Positions 1 through 8,632 of a stretch of DNA of 27,161 nucleotides are shown here, in pieces. The position numbers and the translations under genes were made by a program. The stretch's first letter is position 1, and every line of letters begins with the position of its first letter. This DNA comes from a virus. Taxonomy: Duplodnaviria > Caudoviricetes. The notes below the pieces were generated by a model, which was given only the letters and a program-made list of their open reading frames with translations, was not told where the DNA came from and did no database searches. The DNA lies in IMG/VR virus record IMGVR_UViG_3300017730_000062, positions 1-27,161 of that record. One strand, 5' to 3'.

Positions 1-2
1 GT

Positions 3-284
3 ACCTCTGTCTTGCCATTCTATATATTGTCTTTTGTAATGACAAGGTACAACACTAATTTTATCAAACAATTCGTTTGTGACAGTGTTGATTATTTTGC
101 CAGGCTCTGCGCCTTCGACATATTTACCATCTCTTTTGTTTACTTCTGGAGATAGTTGTCCCAAAATTTTTAGGAAAGGTAACGCAAGATCTTCCTGCGC
201 TATATTTTGAGCACCTTGATTTGCATCAGCTTCAAACAAGTTGACTGCTAATGCTCCTTCTTTTTTCTCTGTTACTTGGTTCAT
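3..284 (-). CDS. Partial (3'-truncated by window edge) conserved phage protein, possibly ssDNA-binding/replication accessory; not in ORF track
   Basis: Manual translation from ATG at 284: MNQVTEKKEGALAVNLFEADANQGAQNIAQEDLALPFLKILGQLSPEVNKRDGKYVEGAEPGKIINTVTNELFDKISVVPCHYKRQYIEWQDRG..., open to the edge. It starts 2 nt after the stop of 287..841 with AAGGA upstream. Function is inferred from recalled resemblance to phage SSB-like families and from context. Confidence 0.7.
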   Translation of the reverse strand, partial: MNQVTEKKEGALAVNLFEADANQGAQNIAQEDLALPFLKILGQLSPEVNKRDGKYVEGAEPGKIINTVTNELFDKISVVPCHYKRQYIEWQDRG

Positions 285-286
285 GT

Positions 287-841
287 TTATTTGTTCCTTT
301 TTATTGTTGTTTTATTTCCAACGAACACGTTGAAAATTTCCGTTGGCATTGTTTTACCTGCCTCTAAACGCTCACGGACTAGCGCTTTGAGAGTCATGGG
401 CTCAACCTTCAACTTTTGTGTTGGTTGATACCCACGCTCTTCTGCAAGAGCAGCATAATCAGCTGCCTTGTTATCCTCGTTACGACCGAATGATACGGAT
501 ATCTCATTTTTGATTATATCACCCAAGCCATTTTCACGAAGCCAGTTAAATGCTTTCTCCCTGTTTGCTACAGAAATATTTGCACTGTAATTAGGTTTAA
601 CATCGACCGTAGAACCATCTGCTAATTTAAGATGTGATAGTCCCATTTCTGCCATCATGGTAGGAATTACCTCTCCAGATAAACGATCCTGTTCCTTTTT
701 TAAATTTTTAAGATTGCTTTCACTAGTTTCTATCCTAGTGTTTAAACCCTCTAATAATTGTATTTGATCTGCTAGTGATTGTATACTTGCTGTTTTATCA
801 ACAAGATCTTGTTGGTCTTCTTCAAAGTTAATACTACTCAT
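287..841 (-). CDS. Conserved phage protein with N-terminal coiled coil (replication module)
   Basis: 184-aa ORF with a heptad-like N-terminus followed by an 'AFNWLRENGLGDIIKNEI...VEPMTLKALVRE' region typical of a common phage hypothetical family; 8-nt overlap with the upstream gene. Confidence 0.75.
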   Translation of the reverse strand: MSSINFEEDQQDLVDKTASIQSLADQIQLLEGLNTRIETSESNLKNLKKEQDRLSGEVIPTMMAEMGLSHLKLADGSTVDVKPNYSANISVANREKAFNWLRENGLGDIIKNEISVSFGRNEDNKAADYAALAEERGYQPTQKLKVEPMTLKALVRERLEAGKTMPTEIFNVFVGNKTTIKRNK

Positions 842-1250
842 CTAATTTTCCTTTCTCGTATAAATCTATTTCAATGGAATAATATTTTCTTTCTTGTTTG
901 TCCCATTTTAATAAGTTGTATTTGCCGTTAGTTATATCAGAAACTATAGAGCAAGCTACACCTATTATTGCAGGATCTCCTGTTAATAATAAATAATCTT
1001 TTTTTCTATAGTTAGCTAATTCTTTTCTTAATTTATATATTAATGGGCCTGGTGAAAAAATAATTTGTGAAAGCTCTGGTAATAAAAATTTAAATTTACC
1101 ATAATGAGCTGCACCCATAATATTTATTTTAGGTCTGCCTTCTGCAGTTCCTGGAATTTCTTGAATGACATAAACAGTTGAAGAATCATTTAATCTTAAA
1201 TCTTGATAACGTAAAAATTCTCCTTTGTCTTTAAAATCTTTTTCTTTCAT
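834..1250 (-). CDS. Hypothetical phage protein (small alpha/beta), first gene of the leftward operon
   Basis: ORF track 834..1259; the start was moved to ATG 1250 because the TTG at 1259 lies within the promoter. Contains 'DYLLLTGDPAIIGVACSIV'. Confidence 0.75.
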   Translation of the reverse strand: MKEKDFKDKGEFLRYQDLRLNDSSTVYVIQEIPGTAEGRPKINIMGAAHYGKFKFLLPELSQIIFSPGPLIYKLRKELANYRKKDYLLLTGDPAIIGVACSIVSDITNGKYNLLKWDKQERKYYSIEIDLYEKGKLDE

Positions 1251-1252
1251 GC

Positions 1253-1281
1253 TTGACAATATAGGTCTGAGTTGTTATCTT
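1253..1281 (+). promoter_or_regulatory. sigma70-type promoter for the helicase
   Basis: TTGACA (1253-1258), 17-nt spacer, TATCTT (1276-1281), preceded by extended -10 TG (1273-1274). Predicted +1 near 1288; ATG at 1305. Confidence 0.75.
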
Positions 1282-1286
1282 GTCAA
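1258..1286 (-). promoter_or_regulatory. sigma70-type promoter for the leftward operon
   Basis: Minus strand: TTGACA (1286-1281), 17-nt spacer, TATATT (1263-1258). Predicted +1 near 1251, adjacent to ATG 1250. Confidence 0.75.
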
Positions 1287-1304
1287 GTAGAAAGAAGAAA
1301 AATT

Positions 1305-2735
1305 ATGAACTATAAATTTAAAACAAAACCGTACAAGCATCAAATGACTGCTTTAGAAAAGTCATGGAACAGAGAAACTTATGCCTATTTTATGGAAATG
1401 GGTACAGGTAAAACAAAAGTGTTAATAGACAATTTAGCTATGCTTTATGATAAAGGCAAAGTTAATGGTGCTTTAATTATTGCACCTAAAGGTGTTGTAG
1501 GCACTTGGTATAATAATGAGCTTCCAACGCATTTACCTAATCATATTAACCATACTACTGTTTTATGGAAAGCTGCTATTACTAAAAAACAACAAGAAAA
1601 ATTAAATACTTTGTTTGAAACTGGTGAAGGTTTACACATATTAATTATGAATGTAGAAGCTTTTAGTACAGACAAAGGTAAAAAATTTGCAGAAAAATTC
1701 TTGTCGTGCCATGATACAATGATGGCTATTGATGAATCTACATCTATTAAAAATCCTATGGCAAAAAGAACTAAAAATATTTTATCGTTAGCTTTTTCAA
1801 CTAAATACAGAAGAATAATGACAGGTTCTCCTGTAACTAAAAACCCTTTAGATTTATTTAGTCAGTGTTATTTTTTAGATCCGTTTCATTTAAATCATGA
1901 ATCTTATTATTCTTTTAGAATGCGTTATGCTGTTATGAAAACAGCAAATATTTCGGGAAGACAAATACAATTAGTTTCTGGTTTTAGAAATTTAGGTGAA
2001 TTATCTGATAAATTACAACCTTTTTCATACCGTGTTTTAAAAGAAGATTGTTTAGATTTACCTGATAAAATTTTTATTAAACGTCAAATACAATTAACTC
2101 CAGATCAACGTAAATTATATGATCAAATGAAAAAAGAAGCTATGGCTATTCTTAAGGGTAAACAATCAACTACTGTTAATACTCTAACACAGCTTATGAG
2201 ATTACAACAAATAACTTGTGGACATTTTACAGCCGATGATGGTGCAACACAACCCATTCCTAATAATAGAATTACAGAATTAATGAATGTATTAGAAGAA
2301 ACAGAAGGCAAAGCTATTATATGGGCTCATTATCAATATGACATAAAAGAAATAATTAAAGCTGTAGTTAAAGAATATGGTCCGGGGTCCATTGTTGACT
2401 ATTATGGATTAACACCACAAGAAGATAGACAACCCAATATTAAGCGTTTTCAGTCCGACCCTAAGTGCCGGTTTATGGTTGGAACGCCTTCTACGGGCGG
2501 CTATGGAATAACTTTAACGGCTGCAAACACCGTAATTTACTATTCTAATGGTTATGACTTAGAAAAGCGATTACAATCAGAAGACAGAGCACACAGAATC
2601 GGCCAAAAAAAATCCGTAACTTATGTTGACTTAATGGCGGACGATACAGTGGATGAGAAAATCGTACAAGCTCTACGAAAAAAAATAGATATAGCATCAG
2701 AAGTTTTAGGAGAAGAATTAAGGTCATGGATTTAA
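1305..2735 (+). CDS. SNF2-family (SF2) helicase/ATPase
   Basis: Q motif PYKHQ, motif I MEMGTGKT, Ia IIAPK, II DEST, III TGSP, V GGYGITLT, VI QSEDRAHRIGQ. ATG 1305 is preferred over the TTG at 1272, which lies inside the promoter. Confidence 0.93.
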   Translation: MNYKFKTKPYKHQMTALEKSWNRETYAYFMEMGTGKTKVLIDNLAMLYDKGKVNGALIIAPKGVVGTWYNNELPTHLPNHINHTTVLWKAAITKKQQEKLNTLFETGEGLHILIMNVEAFSTDKGKKFAEKFLSCHDTMMAIDESTSIKNPMAKRTKNILSLAFSTKYRRIMTGSPVTKNPLDLFSQCYFLDPFHLNHESYYSFRMRYAVMKTANISGRQIQLVSGFRNLGELSDKLQPFSYRVLKEDCLDLPDKIFIKRQIQLTPDQRKLYDQMKKEAMAILKGKQSTTVNTLTQLMRLQQITCGHFTADDGATQPIPNNRITELMNVLEETEGKAIIWAHYQYDIKEIIKAVVKEYGPGSIVDYYGLTPQEDRQPNIKRFQSDPKCRFMVGTPSTGGYGITLTAANTVIYYSNGYDLEKRLQSEDRAHRIGQKKSVTYVDLMADDTVDEKIVQALRKKIDIASEVLGEELRSWI

Positions 2736-2744
2736 TAGGATATA

Positions 2745-2760
2745 TACGCGACGCGCGCTA
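2745..2760. terminator. Possible small bidirectional hairpin between convergent genes
   Basis: CGCG-ACG-CGCG (2747-2757) in an AT-rich 22-nt gap between converging stop codons, followed by AAATTTT on +. The stem is very short. Confidence 0.3.
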
Positions 2761-3330
2761 AATTTTATTGTTGTTATTTAAGTTTAATGTGCATTCTATG
2801 CTTTTGTCCTCTACCCAGGTTACCAAAACATCTCTGTCTTTACCAGAGTTATTATTCATGTAATGTTCAAAACAATTGTTAGGTAGAAAGCAGGTTATTT
2901 TACCTTTTTCTGATTTTATTTTTTTATTTTGTCTTGGAAAGACTAACTCAGCATCTTCATTGTCCGTTAAATGAATTACTAATGATAATAATCTAGGATT
3001 AATTTTTCCGTTGTTTTTAGAAAATATCTCATCTGCATGATTGTAAAGTTTATCTCCAGCTTTGTATCTATGAAAAGCAAAACCACTGTCAGCTACAGGT
3101 ATATTACTTAAATTATAAGCTAACATTATTTTGTTAAAATAATAATGCATGACTCTTTCTGAAACTAATTTCCACAAGTCTTTTATTTCTGGATGTTCTG
3201 GAAATTGTACAGTGTTTCCCTCTCTGTTTAATTCAGAATTCATTTTGTTTTTTTGAATTAACGCACCACATCTAGATGAGAATTCATTACACTCTGCGTC
3301 TGTAAAACATTTTTGTATTTCTAAAAACAT
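2758..3330 (-). CDS. 2OG-Fe(II) oxygenase (prolyl-4-hydroxylase-like)
   Basis: 'HRYKAGDKLYNHAD' (HxD), 'RLLSLVIHL', distal His 'FEHYMN' and 2OG-binding Arg 'RDVLVTW'. Confidence 0.85.
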   Translation of the reverse strand: MFLEIQKCFTDAECNEFSSRCGALIQKNKMNSELNREGNTVQFPEHPEIKDLWKLVSERVMHYYFNKIMLAYNLSNIPVADSGFAFHRYKAGDKLYNHADEIFSKNNGKINPRLLSLVIHLTDNEDAELVFPRQNKKIKSEKGKITCFLPNNCFEHYMNNNSGKDRDVLVTWVEDKSIECTLNLNNNNKI

Positions 3331-3794
3331 TATATTTTTTTATACCAAGTGGCTACTGTATACCTTACATTATTTTTAACTTCTTTCACACCATGCTTAT
3401 AATAAGTGCCATCAAAAAGTAAAAGCCTACCTTTTTTAGGTTTAAAAATGGTGCCATCCTCATAGTTTGTTTGACCACCTTCATAGTCATCATTTAAATA
3501 AAGTATAGATGACAAAGTAATGTTTGGTTGAGATTGGTCATGATGATGTAGTTGAAAAGCACCTACAGGCCACTTAACAATTTGCATCCAATTTATTTGG
3601 TTATCTCCAAATAATTTTGCTGTTGCATTTAATCGATCAACAAGTTCAGGAAATTTATCATAACCTTCTTTAAATTTTAATGGATATATCATACCGTGTT
3701 TAACAGACAATCTTTCTTCATTGTCTTTATAATATTGTACTAACTCATCGCATTCTTGATGCGACAAGTAACTGTCTAAGATACAAGTTATCAC
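3330..3794 (-). CDS. 2OG-Fe(II) oxygenase (prolyl-4-hydroxylase-like)
   Basis: 'HHD' (HxD), 'SSILYLNDDYEGGQT', 'PKKGRLLLF', 'HGVKEV...RYTVATW'. Confidence 0.92.
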   Translation of the reverse strand: MITCILDSYLSHQECDELVQYYKDNEERLSVKHGMIYPLKFKEGYDKFPELVDRLNATAKLFGDNQINWMQIVKWPVGAFQLHHHDQSQPNITLSSILYLNDDYEGGQTNYEDGTIFKPKKGRLLLFDGTYYKHGVKEVKNNVRYTVATWYKKI

Positions 3795-4267
3795 ACTAAG
3801 TCTACGGCTCTGCCTGTGATAGGTTTGTATTTTGTTTTTTTATCTTCTCTGTATGCTCTCATATATTGCGCTCTTCTTTGAAACGGTACATAACTTGCGT
3901 GAATCCACCCGCTGTTAGGTTCACCCGGAGTGTAGAACTCGAGGATGAGCTGGTCTGTTTCACAATTTTTGTAAACCCAATCAGCTACCTCAGCATTGTC
4001 TACTCCAACACATTCGAAGTCAACGGCCTCAGCTTTGGCATGCTGCGAATTTAAACTGCTGCCTATAGCAACACACAGCTCAGGGCTTCGATAGCCCGAG
4101 GTTACCTTTACTCTACCAAAATGGTCACGTACGGGTTGTAAAACTTTTTCACAAAGTGTTTTTAATTTATCTATTTGATCTGCATTAGGTTCGTTATCAA
4201 TACCTTTTCTAATTGCAGTATCTGATTTAGTTAATTCCTGAAGGGAAAAATTAGGTGTAAGTTTCAT
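3791..4267 (-). CDS. Peptidase M15-family Zn peptidoglycan hydrolase (endolysin)
   Basis: Starts MKLTPNFSLQEL (ATG 4267, ATGA overlap with the upstream small gene). Motifs 'VTSGYRS', 'SQHAKAEAVDF' (H-x6-D) and 'WIHAS'. Confidence 0.9.
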   Translation of the reverse strand: MKLTPNFSLQELTKSDTAIRKGIDNEPNADQIDKLKTLCEKVLQPVRDHFGRVKVTSGYRSPELCVAIGSSLNSQHAKAEAVDFECVGVDNAEVADWVYKNCETDQLILEFYTPGEPNSGWIHASYVPFQRRAQYMRAYREDKKTKYKPITGRAVDLV

Positions 4268-4440
4268 GCTATGTCTGTTAGTAAAACTAATAGTACGGCG
4301 CCCATACCTCCGACTATCCAATATTCTAATCGTTTAATACGTTCTTGCATTTCCTTTATTTGTTCAAACGTTTGTTTTTGCATTATTCTGCAAAGCTTTT
4401 CATGTGATTCAATTTTTTGTAATGCTGATTTTTTTGCCAT
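4264..4440 (-). CDS. 58-aa coiled-coil plus C-terminal TM peptide, holin/XhlA-like candidate; not in ORF track
   Basis: Manual translation: MAKKSALQKIESHEKLCRIMQKQTFEQIKEMQERIKRLEYWIVGGMGAVLLVLLTDIA*. TAATG overlap upstream and ATGA overlap with the endolysin. Confidence 0.8.
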   Translation of the reverse strand: MAKKSALQKIESHEKLCRIMQKQTFEQIKEMQERIKRLEYWIVGGMGAVLLVLLTDIA

Positions 4441-7400
4441 TATGTTCTTCCCGCTATTACCTTTTCTGTAGGAGATAATAATGCTTCCTCTGTACGTGTC
4501 AAGTTAGTTATTGGATTTTTTGCCGCCGTTTCTACGGTGTTTACAACAGGTTTTGATTGTTGAGTATCTAAAGGTGGCTCTTCTAACTTAGACATTTCTT
4601 TATTAACTTGTGTTGTAAAATCTTCTAAATTTAAAATGTAATCTTGATTTAAAAATTGAGCTTTAGATAATATCTTTTCCATAATTGCAAGTATTTTAGA
4701 ATTGCCATCTAATGGATTTGGTAAACCTTTTTCTCTTTTTTCTTGGAATGCTTTGTCGTGAGCCCATTTCATATCAGAACTAAATGGTACAAATTTATTT
4801 TTCATCATGTCTATATATAAATTACCTTTACCTCTTTTATAAAATTGTTCATATATTTTTTTAGGATTAGCTCCTAATACTAATGCAGCGTCTACTTTTC
4901 TTCTAAGTGCACTTAATGTATCTAATCTTTTTTTATTTGCTTTCCAATATTGTTCAATTACCATATTTCTATCTGTAACAGGATCACCCGTAAACAAATT
5001 TTCTGTAATTAAAAGTCTTTGATTTCTTTCATCATCATTAAAGTCAGCAATTGCGAAGTTAATAGTTTCTACTGGGTATATTCGTACAGGTCTTGCTCCA
5101 AAAAAACCTAACAATTCTTCAGGTATGTCATATTTTTTTCCTTTAATAGTTTGATCAGTAGCTGCTGCATACAATCTTTTTAATTGAGGATAAGATAATG
5201 GCGATGCTGTGTATGCAAAGTGCATTATACCTTTGTAATATTTATCAATATCATCATCTTGTTCATTCCATACTCTGTTACCATCTCTATCCACACCGCC
5301 TCTAATAAATAAATCTGCAACAAGACCATAGTAAATAGATTCACTAAAGAATGGTTCAACTAATCTATCAAATCCTTTTAACATTCCATCCATCATTGCA
5401 GGAATTAATGGTTTAGTATCTTGTATGTCTGCTTGTGATATAACTTGTTGAACTGGATTTAAAACTGTGTCGTAAAAAAATGCTCCACTAAAATCTATGT
5501 ATTTATAATTTCCTTCTTCATCTCTAATTGGAATTAATGTAGATCCTGTAGACCAAGGTGCAACTAGTTCTCTCATTGCTTGTAGTTGATCTCTTGTTAT
5601 TCCATATAACCCTCTAACACCTTCAACTAATGCTGGTGGTATTGCAGCGTAAGCTATTCCTAATCCAATTAATCTTTCATAACCATTTCTTTTTAACACA
5701 GGGTCTTTAATTTCTGCTAATCCGTTTTTAACTATATGACCTGTTGTTCTCATAATTTCAGCAGGCCAAGATACGAAGTTACCTAATGGTGATCTTCTTG
5801 TAACTTTAACAAAATCTGATACGTAAGCATAATTAGGTAAAGTGTTTCTAATAGTTTGTGCAGCTTTTTTCATTAAAGTTAATTGATCAGGTATATCTGC
5901 ATTTGTAAAAGGCCTTCCTGTTGCTGGGTTTTTTATTTTTTTAGCAACAGCATTGGTCCATGCTCTGTTAAGCTTGTAGCTTTCACCAAAAAAGTTAAAC
6001 ATTTTCCAAATGTCATCTTCAGCAATATACATATCTTGAGCCCAATCTATTGTGCCAGATAATTTTTTCATTTTACTGCCAAAAATTTTAAATGCTCTAT
6101 CAAAAAAGTTACCACCTTTTTGAATGTCAGACACTAGTCCCATAACTTCTCTGTATGTAGCACTAGAGTTAACCATTCCTTCATCTAAAAAGAAACGATA
6201 CATATTTTGATCCGCATCTGCATTTAAGTATTTAGGATTTTTTGTTATCCTGTACATAGTTTGAGGTTGTAAAGCTTTAAAAGCTTGAGCAATATTTTTT
6301 GCAATTTCTGTTGGCGGAATAAATATATTCCCTGTAGCTATTGTAGTAACAGCGCCTGATGTAAAATTTCTACCGTGAGTAAAAGGACCTAATACTGTTT
6401 TACCAAATTGAGTTAAACCTTTGGGTATTAAAAACATATATCTATATGCTAAACTTTTTGTAATACCACTCAATGGTAACTTGTCTCCAAATTTTAATGC
6501 TGCAGCTATAGTATCATTAGTAAACATTCCATCTAATGGACTTGTATAATATTCTTCTGCTAAGTTAGCACTTAGTTTTAAACCATTAGGTGAGGTTGTA
6601 ACATTTTTTAAACCCGGTTGATTTTTAGCATTTTTAAATGCTTTAATTGCTTCTAATCTATTAGGATATACTAATGCACGTTTGCCTTGAGACAGTAATA
6701 AATCAGATGCTTCTTTCATAGCATTATAAAAATTATCTCTTGCTGCAATACCACCAAGATCTTCCATAGTATTCACAATAATTCTTTCTGCATTTTGATT
6801 AGCACCAAACAATTTTTTAAATGCATCTAAATCAGATTTAGTTTGTATTAATCCTCCTGCTTTATCTGCTTTAAATTTACCACCTCCTGTAATATTTTCT
6901 GCAATATTTTTTACATGAGTTGCTTTGTCAGCTCCAATACTTTGAACTGGATAAACAAACTCAGGTGTTTTAGTTATAGGATTTTTAGATACGTTGTCTG
7001 CTATATCTAACACTGCTTCTCTAGCATTTGCTTTACTTAAATTAACACCATTGCTTTTAGCGTAACGTACAAACGTATCTGCAACTGCATCAACTGCATC
7101 ATTTGTAGGTTTAAATCCTGTAATAGGACCTACACCTTTGTCAGTTAATATTTTATACTCTGTTGATAAAAAATTTTTAAAACGATCATTCATTATTTCG
7201 TTAAACTTTTTTGGTGCAACATTTAAATTACCACCTTGTAAAATAGAATTTTTAAATGTGTTCATAGTGTTTCTGTATTTAGATAAGTTAGCGATTAATA
7301 CATCTATGTCTCCTTGTTTAGCACCTAGCTTTACTAAAGATTTTGCAAATTCTTTTTCGGTTTTAAATCCAGGAAAAACTATTTTACCTTTTTTAACTAC

Positions 7401-8621
7401 GTCATCAGTAGACTTCATAAAATTAACTAACATGTCATTTATAATATTAGGATTGTCTACAGATTGAGCCGCGTTTCGTGTAGATTGAAAAATGTTATTG
7501 TAGTCATAACTAATTCTTCTGTTTAATTCTTGAGTCATGTTTCGTGCTACAGCTTGCTTTCCTTCTAATCTTTGTACACCTTGAAAAATAGGTCTAGGTC
7601 TATCTGATCGTGCTCTAAAAGGTTTCATCATGTATTTATCTGCCCAACGTTCTACAGCTTTGTTACTAAATGCAGCATCACCACCATATTTAGATGCAAA
7701 CTTACCAAATTTTCCTACGCCATAAAAGAAAGGAGCTATAGGAAAAGCCATCTCTCCACCTAACTTTAATCTATTTTGTAATTTTCTAAGAGCATCATCA
7801 GAAGATGTATCTTTTTTAACTCTATCCATTGAACTGTAATGACCAGGTTCAAACAACCAATCACCCCATGTTCCAATGTCATCAGCATCTGCAACTATAC
7901 CTCCAGCCACACCACCACCTACTGCAATGCCAGTCCACTGTCTTACTTTTTTACCAAAGTTTAGTTCCTTAACTTTGTCCGCTGTTTTTTTTAAATTTTT
8001 ACTATTAGATCTAATGTATCTACCGTTTTTAGCTGCATCTACCATCTTGTTTGAAATTTCTTTAGATTTTTTAAATATAGCTGTAGGGTTGTCAATAAAT
8101 TTAGCTAAAGGTTTACCAGCTGCTCGCCAGTTACCATACATATTAGTTAAAAATTCTGCAATTCTACCAGCGCCTGTAGCTTTTGCTTTTTCTTCTGAAT
8201 AATTTTGTAATTGACCAATAACAGTTTTATCAAACCAGGCGTCTAATTTTGCTAAGTTAGTTTGATCTACAGGTACATCATCACCAATTGCATCCATTAT
8301 TTCTGCAGTAACTTGAGCCCAGCCGTATGGAATGTTTATAGTACCTGATATAATTGCGTTCGATACTGATTCTGCAAGATTAACTTCATTGTTATCTTCA
8401 GCCTGTTTAAGAATTGTTTCATCTTTTATCTTTGTATAACCTGGACTACCTTTAGGTAATTCTTCTAAGAGTTGTTTTTGTTCTTCGTCTTTTTTTGCTT
8501 CGGTAATTTTTTTAAAAGTTTTACTTGGACTTAAATCTATGCTTAAAAAATCTAATCCACCGAGAGCTTTAAATTCTGGTTCTTCTAACTGCTCTATAAA
8601 AGTTTTCTTTTTTTCGGCCAT
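4440..8621 (-). CDS. Large internal virion (DNA ejection) protein
   Basis: 1393 aa, helical-looking, last and largest of the internal protein block before lysis genes, as in podoviruses; AGGAG RBS. Function is positional inference. Confidence 0.7.
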   Translation of the reverse strand: MAEKKKTFIEQLEEPEFKALGGLDFLSIDLSPSKTFKKITEAKKDEEQKQLLEELPKGSPGYTKIKDETILKQAEDNNEVNLAESVSNAIISGTINIPYGWAQVTAEIMDAIGDDVPVDQTNLAKLDAWFDKTVIGQLQNYSEEKAKATGAGRIAEFLTNMYGNWRAAGKPLAKFIDNPTAIFKKSKEISNKMVDAAKNGRYIRSNSKNLKKTADKVKELNFGKKVRQWTGIAVGGGVAGGIVADADDIGTWGDWLFEPGHYSSMDRVKKDTSSDDALRKLQNRLKLGGEMAFPIAPFFYGVGKFGKFASKYGGDAAFSNKAVERWADKYMMKPFRARSDRPRPIFQGVQRLEGKQAVARNMTQELNRRISYDYNNIFQSTRNAAQSVDNPNIINDMLVNFMKSTDDVVKKGKIVFPGFKTEKEFAKSLVKLGAKQGDIDVLIANLSKYRNTMNTFKNSILQGGNLNVAPKKFNEIMNDRFKNFLSTEYKILTDKGVGPITGFKPTNDAVDAVADTFVRYAKSNGVNLSKANAREAVLDIADNVSKNPITKTPEFVYPVQSIGADKATHVKNIAENITGGGKFKADKAGGLIQTKSDLDAFKKLFGANQNAERIIVNTMEDLGGIAARDNFYNAMKEASDLLLSQGKRALVYPNRLEAIKAFKNAKNQPGLKNVTTSPNGLKLSANLAEEYYTSPLDGMFTNDTIAAALKFGDKLPLSGITKSLAYRYMFLIPKGLTQFGKTVLGPFTHGRNFTSGAVTTIATGNIFIPPTEIAKNIAQAFKALQPQTMYRITKNPKYLNADADQNMYRFFLDEGMVNSSATYREVMGLVSDIQKGGNFFDRAFKIFGSKMKKLSGTIDWAQDMYIAEDDIWKMFNFFGESYKLNRAWTNAVAKKIKNPATGRPFTNADIPDQLTLMKKAAQTIRNTLPNYAYVSDFVKVTRRSPLGNFVSWPAEIMRTTGHIVKNGLAEIKDPVLKRNGYERLIGLGIAYAAIPPALVEGVRGLYGITRDQLQAMRELVAPWSTGSTLIPIRDEEGNYKYIDFSGAFFYDTVLNPVQQVISQADIQDTKPLIPAMMDGMLKGFDRLVEPFFSESIYYGLVADLFIRGGVDRDGNRVWNEQDDDIDKYYKGIMHFAYTASPLSYPQLKRLYAAATDQTIKGKKYDIPEELLGFFGARPVRIYPVETINFAIADFNDDERNQRLLITENLFTGDPVTDRNMVIEQYWKANKKRLDTLSALRRKVDAALVLGANPKKIYEQFYKRGKGNLYIDMMKNKFVPFSSDMKWAHDKAFQEKREKGLPNPLDGNSKILAIMEKILSKAQFLNQDYILNLEDFTTQVNKEMSKLEEPPLDTQQSKPVVNTVETAAKNPITNLTRTEEALLSPTEKVIAGRT

Positions 8622-8632
8622 AGCCTGACTCC

